Shown piece after piece: positions 1-8,811 of a DNA stretch of 45,837 bases. The notes under the pieces were generated by a model. It ran no database searches. It was not told the DNA's origin and saw only the letters and a program-made list of their open reading frames with translations. This DNA is from a candidate division WOR-3 bacterium (GTDB lineage: Bacteria > Hydrothermota > Tepidihabitantia > Tepidihabitantales > Tepidihabitantaceae), in NCBI GenBank assembly GCA_039801225.1, contig JBDRUH010000009.1, positions 1 through 45,837 of the forward strand. Reading direction: 5' to 3'. The position numbers were made by a program, and so were the translations under genes. Numbering within the stretch: position 1 is the first letter of the stretch; the number at the start of each line of letters is the position of its first letter.

Positions 1-54
1 TTATCTCGCCGGCGAGATGCTTTCCCACCTAAGAGAAAAATTTTGGACGCAATG

Positions 55-137
55 CAAACCTGCCCGCGATGCGGGGGTGATTTGCCAAGGTTTGCCCTAC
101 ATTGAACCGGGAATGTAGGGCAAGGCTTTAGCCTTGC
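55..137. repeat. REP-like doublet: GCAAACCT...AAGGTTTGCCCTAC (55-100, interrupted by a ~25-bp insert) facing GTAGGGCAAGGCTTTAGCCTTGC (115-137)
   Basis: TTGCCCTACATT (92-103) is the reverse complement of AATGTAGGGCAA (112-123). 113-140 is identical over 28 bp to 24777-24804. GTAG followed by a palindrome is the GTAG-family REP layout. Confidence 0.75.
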
Positions 138-147
138 AAAGAATTTT

Positions 148-176
148 TTGACAGAAGTAAGATTTATAAATAAAAT
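148..176 (+). promoter_or_regulatory. sigma70-type promoter of rplR
   Basis: TTGACA 148-153, 17-nt spacer, TAAAAT 171-176; ATG 8 nt downstream. Confidence 0.7.
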
Positions 177-184
177 TGATCTTA

Positions 185-532
185 ATGATTCGCAACAGAC
201 GGTTAAGAAGGCATTTAAGCATCCGGCGCCGAATCTCGGGTGTCCCGGAAAAACCGCGGCTGTGTGTGTATCGGAGCAATCGGCATATCTACGCCCAACT
301 TGTTGACGATACCACCGGACGGGTTTTAACCGGTGTTTCAACCCTATCTGAGCAACTTCGAGAGAAGAAGATGAAGCCAACCGAAATCGCCCTGGAGGTC
401 GGCAAGTTGATTGCTGAGAAGGCAAAGGGTTTAGGTATTAACAAAGTAGTTTTTGACCGTGCCGGTTACCGCTATCATGGGCGGGTAAAGGCGGTAGCCG
501 AAGGGGCACGGCAAGGAGGTTTGCAGTTTTGA
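185..532 (+). CDS. rplR: 50S ribosomal protein L18
   Basis: [19 protein letters not shown] and [26 protein letters not shown] motifs; ATG 185 preferred over TTG 176, which overlaps the -10 box. Confidence 0.97.
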   Translation: MIRNRRLRRHLSIRRRISGVPEKPRLCVYRSNRHIYAQLVDDTTGRVLTGVSTLSEQLREKKMKPTEIALEVGKLIAEKAKGLGINKVVFDRAGYRYHGRVKAVAEGARQGGLQF

Positions 533-1089
533 AAGATAGTTTCATTATAACTGAAGGCGAAGTTGTTGAGCCCGAACCGGAACTGATTGAGCGGGTGATA
601 AATATTAAACGGGTATCAAAGGTGATGAAGGGTGGCAAGCGAATGCGGATATCGGCAACCGTGGTGGTTGGCACCGGAAAGGGCGAGGTGGGTGTGGGAC
701 ATGGTAAGGCATTGGAGGTGGCGATGGCGGTTCGTAAAGCCTCGGCAAGAGCCCGCAAGGATATGGTTAAAGTTTCCTTTAAGAACCACACCATTCCCCA
801 CGAAACCTGGGGTAAGTTTGGGGCCAGCAAGGTGCTTTTGAAACCTGCCGCACCAGGAACCGGTCTAATCGCCTGCCCTCAGGTTCGGGCGGTCCTGGAG
901 GCGGCGGGGTTAAGCGACATTCTAAGCAAAACTTTCGGCTCCCGCAACCATTACAACACCGCCAAGGCAACAATTTTGGCACTGGAGAAGTTGCGGACGA
1001 TAGAAGAGGTGGCAAGCGCCCGGAATAAACCGATAGGTTATTTTGTTGAACGGAAGAAAGATGCGACAATTGAAAATCAGGTTGGTTAG
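529..1089 (+). CDS. rpsE: 30S ribosomal protein S5
   Basis: [34 protein letters not shown] motifs; synteny. Confidence 0.97.
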   Translation: MKDSFIITEGEVVEPEPELIERVINIKRVSKVMKGGKRMRISATVVVGTGKGEVGVGHGKALEVAMAVRKASARARKDMVKVSFKNHTIPHETWGKFGASKVLLKPAAPGTGLIACPQVRAVLEAAGLSDILSKTFGSRNHYNTAKATILALEKLRTIEEVASARNKPIGYFVERKKDATIENQVG

Positions 1090-1240
1090 AAGTCTGATTG
1101 ATGAGAAAAAAGAGCATAAACTTGTTGCTCGGGCTTTAGGACTGCGCCGGCGGGGGGCGGAAAGGGTTCATGAAGATACCCCAACGGTTCGCGGGATGAT
1201 TTTTAAGATTAAACACCTAATTGATGTGGAGGAGTTGTGA
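1061..1240 (+). CDS. rpmD: 50S ribosomal protein L30
   Basis: [10 protein letters not shown]...ALGLRR...[19 protein letters not shown] 1061 chosen. Confidence 0.95.
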   Translation: MRQLKIRLVRSLIDEKKEHKLVARALGLRRRGAERVHEDTPTVRGMIFKIKHLIDVEEL

Positions 1241-1716
1241 GGATTAATGAACTGCGACCACCTGAAGGTGCGGTGCAGCGAAAAAAAAGGGTAGGATGCG
1301 GACCGGGCTCCGGACACGGCAAAACCTCCTGTCGGGGGCATAAGGGTGCTGGTCAGCATTCGGCACCTGAGTTTGATGCCCGGTTTGAGGGCGGACAGAT
1401 GCCTTTTTACCGCCGGATTCCTAAACGGGGTTTTAATAACCCAACCCGGGTAGAGTTCAGTGTTGTGAACTTGGACCAGTTGGCAAATTTACCTATAGAA
1501 CAAATTACCGTGGAAAAACTGATTGAAGAGGGGTTGGTCCCACGGGGCAAGCCGGTAAAGGTTTTAGGCAGAGGTGAAATTAACCGACCGATAGCGGTAA
1601 GCGCCCACGCCTTTTCCCGGTCTGCCCAACAGAAGATTGAACAGGCGGGCGGCAAGGTGGAGATAATCCCCCGCTCCCAGCCGGCAACTGACAGCCATAA
1701 GACCAAAGCCGAATGA
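1237..1716 (+). CDS. rplO: 50S ribosomal protein L15 with a repeat-derived C-terminal tail
   Basis: [44 protein letters not shown]. Confidence 0.97.
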   Translation: MRINELRPPEGAVQRKKRVGCGPGSGHGKTSCRGHKGAGQHSAPEFDARFEGGQMPFYRRIPKRGFNNPTRVEFSVVNLDQLANLPIEQITVEKLIEEGLVPRGKPVKVLGRGEINRPIAVSAHAFSRSAQQKIEQAGGKVEIIPRSQPATDSHKTKAE

Positions 1717-3017
1717 CCGGTAGCGTCCCCAATATCTTCAAAATCCCTGACCTGCGGAAAAAGATTCTTTTTACCTTGGCGATGGTGGTGGTTTACCGCC
1801 TGGGCACCCATATCCCGGTTCCCGGCATCAACGCCCAGGCGTTAGGCTGGGTCCTCAGCCAAATGCGCGGGACGATTTTCGGTTTGTATGACATCTTTGT
1901 CGGTGGCGCCCTTTCCCGAGCCTCAGTTTTTGCGCTTGGGGTTATGCCTTACATATCGGCATCAATCGTATTCCAACTTTTGGGTTCGGTTTTTCCTTTC
2001 CTGGAGAAGTTACAGCGGGATGAGGAGGGACGCAAAAAACTCAATCAATACACCCGCTATGCCACAGTCCTATTAGCGGTAATTCAGTCGGCAAGCATTG
2101 CGGTCTACCTTGAAGCCCAGCCACCAACCCAGTTTGGTTCTATTGTCCTTCAGCCGGGCTTATTTTTCCGTTTGATGACCATCTTCACCCTCACCGCCGG
2201 CACAATCTTCGTAATGTGGCTGGGCGAGCAGATTACCGACCGGGGAATTGGCAACGGCATCTCCTTCATAATTCTCGTTGGCTGCCTTGACAGCACCCCG
2301 CGGGACTTGGGTCTCACATTCCAGCAGGCAAGAATCAGTTCCTGGCTCTGGCTGCTCATCGTTGCGGCGATGGTTTTTATCGTTTATGCCGCGGTGGTTT
2401 TAATGACGATGGCGGTAAGAAAAATTCCGGTTCAGTATCCCAAGCGAATTGTCGGCAGAAGGATGTATGGCGGGCAGAGCACCCATATACCGCTCCGGGT
2501 GGTTACCGCCGGCGTCATCCCGATAATCTTTGCCCAGAGTCTAATTGTCTTCCCCTCCACCTTTGCCACCTTTCTGAAACTGCCGTTTTTGGCCTGGATG
2601 CAACGGTTTCTCTCTCCTGGTGGCTGGCTTTATAACCTGCTCTATGCGGCACTCATCATCTTCTTCACCTACTTTTACACCTCAATAGTATTTAACCCGC
2701 GGGACTTGGCCGATAATATGCAGCGCTATGGCGGCTTCATCCCCGGTATCCGCCCCGGTGAAAAGACCGCCGCTTATATTGACCGCAGCCTTTCCCTTAT
2801 CACCCTTCCCGGGGCGATATTTCTGGTATTGATTGCCCTATTGCCCTGGATATTGATGAGCGCCTTCCGGGTGCCATTTTACTTTGGTGGCACCACCCTT
2901 TTAATCATCGTTGGTGTTGCCCTTGACACCCTCCAGCAGATTGAGGCGCATCTGGTAATGCGCCACTACGAAGGGCTAATAAAAGGTGGCAAGTTTACCG
3001 GTCGCCGATTCGGCTAA
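1713..3017 (+). CDS. secY: preprotein translocase subunit SecY
   Basis: FALGVMPYISASI, WLGEQITDRGIGNGIS, FIPGIRPG, FGGTTLLIIVGV; about 10 TM segments. Confidence 0.98.
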   Translation: MTGSVPNIFKIPDLRKKILFTLAMVVVYRLGTHIPVPGINAQALGWVLSQMRGTIFGLYDIFVGGALSRASVFALGVMPYISASIVFQLLGSVFPFLEKLQRDEEGRKKLNQYTRYATVLLAVIQSASIAVYLEAQPPTQFGSIVLQPGLFFRLMTIFTLTAGTIFVMWLGEQITDRGIGNGISFIILVGCLDSTPRDLGLTFQQARISSWLWLLIVAAMVFIVYAAVVLMTMAVRKIPVQYPKRIVGRRMYGGQSTHIPLRVVTAGVIPIIFAQSLIVFPSTFATFLKLPFLAWMQRFLSPGGWLYNLLYAALIIFFTYFYTSIVFNPRDLADNMQRYGGFIPGIRPGEKTAAYIDRSLSLITLPGAIFLVLIALLPWILMSAFRVPFYFGGTTLLIIVGVALDTLQQIEAHLVMRHYEGLIKGGKFTGRRFG

Positions 3018-3035
3018 TTTACCCTATCCACTTTA

Positions 3036-4415
3036 GTGGAGTTCACAGAACTGCTCCGGCGGAAAAGAGACCGGGGCAGATTAAACCCGCAAGAAATATC
3101 GTGGTTAATTAAAGCCTACACCCGCGGGGAGATTCCTGACTATCAGATGTCCGCCTGGTTGATGGCGGTTTATCTTCGGGGATTGAGCCGGTCCGAGACG
3201 GTGGCATTAACCAAAGCGATGCTTGATTCCGGCACAACCTTAGATTTAAGCCGCCTCTCCGGACCAAAAATAGACAAACACTCCACCGGTGGTGTCGGTG
3301 ACAAAGTTTCGCTCATCCTCGCGCCCCTGGTTGCCGCCTGCGGTGTCATTGTGCCGATGGTTTCAGGTCGGAGCCTGGGTCATACCGGTGGCACTTTAGA
3401 CAAATTGGCGTCAATCCCCGGCTTTAAAACTGACCTGAAACTCGCCGAATTTTACCAGGTCTTAGAAAAGGTCGGCGTCGGGATTATCGGTCAGACCGAA
3501 GAGATGTGCCCGGCAGATAAAAAACTTTATGCCCTGCGGGATGTTACCGGAACGGTGGAATCAATCCCGTTAATCGCTGCCAGCATTATGTCCAAAAAAC
3601 TGGCAGAAGGTATTGATGGACTGGTATTAGATGTAAAAACCGGGAACGGCGCGTTTATGCGGCAAAGGAGAGATGCCCGCCAACTGGCAAGATTAATGCT
3701 CTCCATCGGCAACGCCTTCGGGAAAAAGGTGGTGGCGCTCATCACCGATATGAGTCAACCGCTCGGCAGGGCGGTGGGCAATGCCATGGAGGTGAAAGAG
3801 GCGATTGAGGCGCTCAAAGGCAACTGGCCACCGGACCTGCAAGAGGTTACCCTCGCCCTGGGCGAAGAGATGCTCCTCCTTGCTGGTAAGGCGGCAAACC
3901 GACCTCAGGCAAGACGGCTCCTCCTTCGGGCGTTGACTACCAATCGGGCACTAAAAAAATTCCAGGAGATGATTGAGGCACAGGGTGGCGACCCAAGAGT
4001 AGTTGACGACTACTCCTTACTCCCCTCCGCTAATTACAAAAAGGAGGTATTTGCTAATGAAAAGGGCTACATCCGCTCAATTGACACCCTTAAAGTTGGC
4101 TTGCTCGGACTGGAAATTGGTCTGGGCAGAAAGACCCTTGATGACAAAATTGACCCTGGTGCCGGCTTTATCTTTCGGAAGAAGAGAAACGAGCGGGTGG
4201 AAAAGGGTGAGGTTCTGGCGGAGGTTTTTGCCTCAAAAGAGACCCTAACGGAGAAGGTTGCCGCTGCTCTGGCAAAGTGTTTCACCTATTCAGCCACACC
4301 GGTGTCATCAACCACCCCCTCGGCAGTCGGCTGTCAGCCTGTTGGCTCGGGGGCAGGCTTAATAATTGAGCGGGTGAGCTCTCCCCTTCCTTCCAGGCGA
4401 AAAAGCAAATCCTGA
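3036..4415 (+). CDS. pdp: pyrimidine-nucleoside/thymidine phosphorylase
   Basis: DKHSTGGVGDK, SGRSLGHTGGTLDKL, LYALRDVTGTV, SIMSKK motifs. Confidence 0.93.
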   Translation: MEFTELLRRKRDRGRLNPQEISWLIKAYTRGEIPDYQMSAWLMAVYLRGLSRSETVALTKAMLDSGTTLDLSRLSGPKIDKHSTGGVGDKVSLILAPLVAACGVIVPMVSGRSLGHTGGTLDKLASIPGFKTDLKLAEFYQVLEKVGVGIIGQTEEMCPADKKLYALRDVTGTVESIPLIAASIMSKKLAEGIDGLVLDVKTGNGAFMRQRRDARQLARLMLSIGNAFGKKVVALITDMSQPLGRAVGNAMEVKEAIEALKGNWPPDLQEVTLALGEEMLLLAGKAANRPQARRLLLRALTTNRALKKFQEMIEAQGGDPRVVDDYSLLPSANYKKEVFANEKGYIRSIDTLKVGLLGLEIGLGRKTLDDKIDPGAGFIFRKKRNERVEKGEVLAEVFASKETLTEKVAAALAKCFTYSATPVSSTTPSAVGCQPVGSGAGLIIERVSSPLPSRRKSKS

Positions 4416-4463
4416 CTTTAAAACCTCCTTAAACCCCTCATCAAAAATTTGTTATACAAAATA

Positions 4464-4491
4464 TTGACAGAAGCTATTTTTATGTTATAAT
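4464..4491 (+). promoter_or_regulatory. strong sigma70-type promoter with extended -10
   Basis: TTGACA 4464-4469, 16 nt, TG-T-TATAAT ending at 4491. Confidence 0.75.
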
Positions 4492-4617
4492 TAAACTGAG
4501 AAAGGTCGTAGGAAGAGGAGGAAACGACCGAACGGTTGGAAAGGGAAAAATAACAAGAGGTTGAAAAATGGGCTCGCCTCCTCCTTTAAGTAATAAACTA
4601 AACAAAGGAGGTGCAAT

Positions 4618-6063
4618 GTGAAAAGGGTGCTACTTTTTCTTGTCTTGTTGATGACAATCGGTGTCTCCCAGGAATTGGCATGGAAAAGGTGGATATCCTT
4701 TCCTGGAATTGCTGGCGGTGACTATCTGGATTTAGCGGTGGACAGCAAGGACAATGTAATTGTAACCGCAATGGATACCGGCTTAGGGTCCTGGCTAATA
4801 AAATATAACCCGGATGGTGAAATTCTTTGGACAAAGGAAGTCCATCTACCAGTGGATAGGTCTCGTGTGCCCTGGACCATCCAGGTGGCAACCGACCCGG
4901 ATGACAACATCATTGTTGGCAGGGACAGTGCCCAAAGTAAGTGGACGGTTAAGAAGTTATCATCAACCGGCGAGTGGCTCTGGACCTGGGATACTCTTTT
5001 TTACCCCGAGGTCTATCTCACCGACATCGCTACAAACAGCAATGGCTACATTCTAATTACTGGTTTTCGCTATGGAACCTACGAGAGTATGTGGTTCACC
5101 TTTCAAATCACCCCTGAGGGTGTAACCAAATGGATGAGGACTTTCACCTCTGAATGGGGACCGGACAAGGGACTAGCACTTTGTGTTGACCCGTGGGACA
5201 ATGTAATTGTCAGTGGCTGCCGTGGTATCCAGTGGTACAATCGTCAGTGGTATCCGGCATTCATTAAATACTCGCCAACCGGCAAGACGCTCGCCGAGGA
5301 TGTTTATATCTTTCCCTATTCGGGTAATTTTTCCGGAAGCAAACCCGCTACAGACCGCTGGGGAAATATCTACTTCCCTGGTTGTGGCTTCGCAGCTAAG
5401 TCTGGTGGGGGGCATTACTGGTATGGCTCTTTTCTTTTCAAATACGACCCTGATGGCACCCCTCTATGGCGATGGTTCAGCGACACCGCCTCTGATGGTT
5501 TCATCACAATCTATCAGTGTGCAACCGATAGTTTTGGAAACATCTACTTGAGCGCTCGGATGTTACCGTTTGATTCTTATTCTCCTAATGTGATATATTT
5601 ATACCGATTTTCGTCCTCAGGCAACACCGTTATTCAATTTCTCAACCTCCTCAGCGAGAGAAACCAAAGGTGGGAGTTTGCTACACCGGTGTGGCTTGAG
5701 ACAGACCGACATGGTGATGTGATTGTTGCAACAAAGGTTGGGACCGGTAACCCTGTGAATGACACCGGCTATGTGCTTAAGTTCACCAACTGGCCGGTGG
5801 GGATTAAAGAGCCAAAGCATCCCGGTCATTGCGAGCGAAGCGAAGCAATCTCATCCCTCCCAACAGTTATTCACCGTGGCAAACCCATTGCCCTCAATCT
5901 CCCACCCGAGACGAACATTGAGGTCTATGACAAAACCGGCAGGCTTTTAAATAAGGAGAAGGGAGGAGAAGCCGGGCAGTTATCTCTCTCCACTGGTGTC
6001 TATTTTCTCCGCATACTTTCGGATAATCACCAGGAAAGGAGGAGAATAATTGTAGTTAAGTAA
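4618..6063 (+). CDS. secreted beta-propeller (SBBP-like repeats) protein with T9SS-type-A-like C-terminal domain
   Basis: Signal peptide; repeated (A/T)TD-x-x-(G/D)N and KY-x-PDG-x-x-LW units; C-terminal VYDKTGR...TGVYFLRI...RIIVVK; SD AAAGGAGG 4604-4611. Confidence 0.75.
   Translation: MKRVLLFLVLLMTIGVSQELAWKRWISFPGIAGGDYLDLAVDSKDNVIVTAMDTGLGSWLIKYNPDGEILWTKEVHLPVDRSRVPWTIQVATDPDDNIIVGRDSAQSKWTVKKLSSTGEWLWTWDTLFYPEVYLTDIATNSNGYILITGFRYGTYESMWFTFQITPEGVTKWMRTFTSEWGPDKGLALCVDPWDNVIVSGCRGIQWYNRQWYPAFIKYSPTGKTLAEDVYIFPYSGNFSGSKPATDRWGNIYFPGCGFAAKSGGGHYWYGSFLFKYDPDGTPLWRWFSDTASDGFITIYQCATDSFGNIYLSARMLPFDSYSPNVIYLYRFSSSGNTVIQFLNLLSERNQRWEFATPVWLETDRHGDVIVATKVGTGNPVNDTGYVLKFTNWPVGIKEPKHPGHCERSEAISSLPTVIHRGKPIALNLPPETNIEVYDKTGRLLNKEKGGEAGQLSLSTGVYFLRILSDNHQERRRIIVVK
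5825..5852 (+). repeat. REP-like palindrome inserted in frame in a CDS (encodes HCERSEAIS)
   Basis: GTCATTGCGAGCGAAGCGAAGCAATCTC; near-copy of intergenic GTCATTGCGCGCGATAGCGAAGCAATCCC at 8666-8694. Confidence 0.8.
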
Positions 6064-6478
6064 GGCTTAAGGACAAGGTTCGGTATTGGATTTAAGTATT
6101 TGATTATTCAGGCGATAGTAAAAGAGGGGGCTGTCCCCTCCAGCACTAGGGGGGTAAAACCCTTTGTTGAATAGGTTCTAGGGTTATTGTTAAGTTTGAT
6201 GTTAAAATCGGCGCTAAACTCAAAGGAAAAATCAAATGAAGAAATGGTTGTAAAAATTGGTTAAGGAAAGGTTTGGCGACCCCTTTCCCCTTTAACTCTT
6301 ATCTCAAAACTAAAAAACGGTTAAAAATCCCCTTTAACAGCAAAAGTAAAAAGTTAACTTAAACGGTTTTATCATCTGGCGCCAATTTTATCGCCTATTA
6401 AAACACCTCTCCTTCCTGCTTGAAGAGAAGGCTTGAAAAATTTCCTGTTGTTATAAAAGAAAACGAGGATATGATTTA

Positions 6479-6507
6479 TTGACTTTTCTCCCTCCTGTCT
6501 CTAAACT
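6479..6507 (+). promoter_or_regulatory. promoter for tRNA-Leu/tig/clpP
   Basis: TTGACT 6479-6484, 17 nt, TAAACT 6502-6507. Confidence 0.6.
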
Positions 6508-6552
6508 TAAAAAGTGCCAAGCGCTATTTTCTTTTCACTGTTAGGTTGGAAT

Positions 6553-6636
6553 GCGAGGATGGCGGAATTTGGCAGACGCGCCAGATTTAGGATCTGGTCC
6601 CGAAAAGGGATGGGGGTTCAACTCCCCCTCCTCGCA
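6553..6636 (+). tRNA. tRNA-Leu (anticodon TAG), CCA not encoded
   Basis: Acceptor GCGAGGA/TCCTCGC-A; anticodon arm CCAGA-TTTAGGA-TCTGG; long variable arm; T arm GGGGG-TTCAACT-CCCCC; typical position upstream of tig. Confidence 0.95.
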
Positions 6637-6663
6637 CAGAAATAACTAAAAAAGGAGTGTTTT

Positions 6664-7908
6664 TTGGAAATTGTGGTTAGGTCACCAAAGGAGTGGCTCA
6701 GAGAAATAGAAGTTGAAATTGAACCCGAAAGGCTCAAGAACAGGATTGAAGGACTGTTGGAAGAGTATCGCGACCGGGCAGAGGTGCCGGGTTTTCGCCG
6801 CGGTAAGGTCCCAACCGAGCTCTTAAGACGCCGATTCGGCAAAACTTTGGAATCGGTTGCGGTTGAAGAGTTAATGAACGAGGTTTTAACCGAGACTTTA
6901 AAAGAAAAGGGGGTAAAACCCGCCTCCGGTGTCCAGATAGAAAACCTGGAGGTGGCACAGGATAAAACGGTCCGGTTTCGGGTATCGGTTGAGGTGATTC
7001 CTGATTTTGAACTTAAGCCTTATACCGGCTTATCGCTAAAAAGAAAGGAGATTACCGGTTTTGATGCCGAGTTTGAACGCCGGCTCCGGGCTTTGCAGGA
7101 AAGGTGTGCAATTTTTCAACCGGTAAACCGCCCTGCTCAAACGGGTGATTTCCTCTTGGTAGACTATATTCTTGAAGAAAATAATCAGCCCCTGGCTCCT
7201 AAGAAAAGTAACATTACCATTCAAATCGGCGCTGCAGAACTGCCCGGCACTGCCTCGGCTGGCGAGACCAATTTAAGGAAGGTCCAGGAGGCACTCCTGA
7301 ATGTGTCTGCCGGTGAAGAAAGAAAAGTTGAGATTACTTTTCCTAGTGACCATCCGGACAAAGCGATTGCCGGTAGGACGATAACCTATCATTTTTTCAT
7401 AAAAGGGGTGAAGGAAAGAGTCCTGCCGGAGATAAACGAGGATTTCGCCAAAGACCTGGGGTTTGAAAGCCTTGATGCCCTGCGCCAGGCGATTAACAAT
7501 GAAATACTTGCCGAGCGGGATGAAAAAACAGAAGAGGACTTAAAGAGCCAGATAGTTGACCAACTCACCAGTCAATACGAATTTGAACCGCCCCGGACCT
7601 GGGTGGAAGCCCAAATCAGCCGTTTCCTTAAGGAGTTTAATCTTCCTGATACCCCAGAGGTGAAAGAGAAAATCCAGCCAATCGCGGTAAAATTTGCCCG
7701 GCTGGAATGTATCGCATTGCGGATTGCCGAAAAGGAAGGCATCACCATTACCGATGAGGAAATACAGACAAAGGTCCAGGAACTGGTGGAACAGACCGGA
7801 CACAGACCCGAGGAAATTGCTTCAATTATTGACAGCGACTCTTACCGATATCTTGCCCTCAAAGAAAAGGTTATCAATTTCATACTGAGTAAGGCGAACA
7901 TCGTATGA
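6664..7908 (+). CDS. tig: trigger factor
   Basis: VPGFRRGKVP ribosome-binding signature; FKBP-like domain; LPEINEDFAKDLG; upstream of clpP. Confidence 0.93.
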   Translation: MEIVVRSPKEWLREIEVEIEPERLKNRIEGLLEEYRDRAEVPGFRRGKVPTELLRRRFGKTLESVAVEELMNEVLTETLKEKGVKPASGVQIENLEVAQDKTVRFRVSVEVIPDFELKPYTGLSLKRKEITGFDAEFERRLRALQERCAIFQPVNRPAQTGDFLLVDYILEENNQPLAPKKSNITIQIGAAELPGTASAGETNLRKVQEALLNVSAGEERKVEITFPSDHPDKAIAGRTITYHFFIKGVKERVLPEINEDFAKDLGFESLDALRQAINNEILAERDEKTEEDLKSQIVDQLTSQYEFEPPRTWVEAQISRFLKEFNLPDTPEVKEKIQPIAVKFARLECIALRIAEKEGITITDEEIQTKVQELVEQTGHRPEEIASIIDSDSYRYLALKEKVINFILSKANIV

Positions 7909-7976
7909 GGTTAGTTCTTAGTTTTATGGACAAACCTTAAATTATGAAAAAATTATTTTCTGAAGAGGAGGTCCCA

Positions 7977-8561
7977 GTGTTAGTGCCAATGGTAATTGAA
8001 CAGACCGGTCGGGGGGAAAGAGCCTATGACATCTACTCCCGCCTTTTAAAAGAAAGAATCATATTTCTTGGTCAGCCGGTGGACGACACCGTTGCCAACC
8101 TGGTTGTTGCCCAGTTGTTATATTTAGAGGCCGAAGACCCGGAAAAGGACATCTTCCTCTACATCAACTCGCCCGGTGGTGTCGTTTCCTCCGGTCTGGC
8201 AATCTACGACACGATGCAGTATATCCGACCTAAGGTCTCAACCATCTGTGTCGGCGAGGCGGCATCAATCGCCGCACTCCTTTTGGCCGCGGGCGAAAAG
8301 GGGAAACGCTTCGCCCTACCCCGTTCCCGGATGATGATTCACCAACCCGCCGCCTACGGACTCAGCGGTCAGGCGACCGACATTGAAATCCACGCAAGGG
8401 AACTGGTCCGGGCAAAGGAGTTGCTGGCAGAAATTCTTGCCAAACATACCGGTCAGCCGGTGGAGAAAATCCTTAAGGATTCGGACCGCAACTTCTTTAT
8501 GTCTGCCCAGGAGGCAAAGGAATACGGTCTGATTGATGAGGTGATTGAGAAGCGCAAATAG
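7977..8561 (+). CDS. clpP: ATP-dependent Clp protease proteolytic subunit
   Basis: [33 protein letters not shown] motifs; GTG 7977 behind SD GAGGAGGT preferred (ATG 7944 is an alternative). Confidence 0.96.
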   Translation: MLVPMVIEQTGRGERAYDIYSRLLKERIIFLGQPVDDTVANLVVAQLLYLEAEDPEKDIFLYINSPGGVVSSGLAIYDTMQYIRPKVSTICVGEAASIAALLLAAGEKGKRFALPRSRMMIHQPAAYGLSGQATDIEIHARELVRAKELLAEILAKHTGQPVEKILKDSDRNFFMSAQEAKEYGLIDEVIEKRK

Positions 8562-8726
8562 CGCCCGTCCTCCGTCATTCCCAGCCCCTCACACCCGGTC
8601 ATTCCGACCGAGCGTAAGCGAGTGGAGGAATCCCTTCGCTCGGGACAAACCTTTCCCTCACCGCCGTCATTGCGCGCGATAGCGAAGCAATCCCACAACC
8701 GTAGGGGCAATTCATGAATTGCCCCT
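8562..8726. repeat. cluster of three REP-like palindrome families
   Basis: GTCATTCCGACCGAGCGTAAGCGAGTGGAGGAATCCC 8598-8634; GTCATTGCG...GAAGCAATCCC 8666-8694; GTAG-GGGCAATTCATGAATTGCCC-CT 8701-8726. Confidence 0.8.
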
Positions 8727-8775
8727 GCCTGTTTGCTGGAGAAAACCAAAATGTCGTAAATATATATTCAGCAAC

Positions 8776-8803
8776 TTGACAAGCGAATATTTTATGCTAT
8801 AAT
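8776..8803 (+). promoter_or_regulatory. strong sigma70-type promoter with extended -10
   Basis: TTGACA 8776-8781, 16 nt, TG-C-TATAAT ending at 8803; 3' half nearly identical to the promoter at 4464. Confidence 0.75.
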
Positions 8804-8811
8804 TAAAATGC

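Noticed and set aside
1..118. 3' end of an upstream CDS (frames ending at TGA 105 with CPRCGG, or at TAG 118)
   Set aside because: Too short to assign, and mostly composed of palindromic repeat sequence
4500..4590. ZMP/ZTP (pfl) riboswitch, suggested by the GGTCGT...CGACC stem and a downstream CGCC
   Set aside because: Lacks the conserved GACTGGCG and GCCTGGGC elements, and the downstream gene is unrelated to purine/folate metabolism
6064..6478. Replication origin
   Set aside because: AT-rich, but I found no TTATCCACA-type DnaA box cluster and no dnaA/dnaN neighbours
8562..8726. Possible CRISPR array (also considered at 22758-22960 and 24433-24725)
   Set aside because: Repeats are heterogeneous, not regularly spaced with unique spacers, and no cas genes are present
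8453..8749. Small ORFs across repeat clusters (also 22719-22955, 22762-23001, 24401-24607, 8837-9070, 97-279)
   Set aside because: They are translations of REP/heptamer DNA or antisense overlaps with no independent coding evidence
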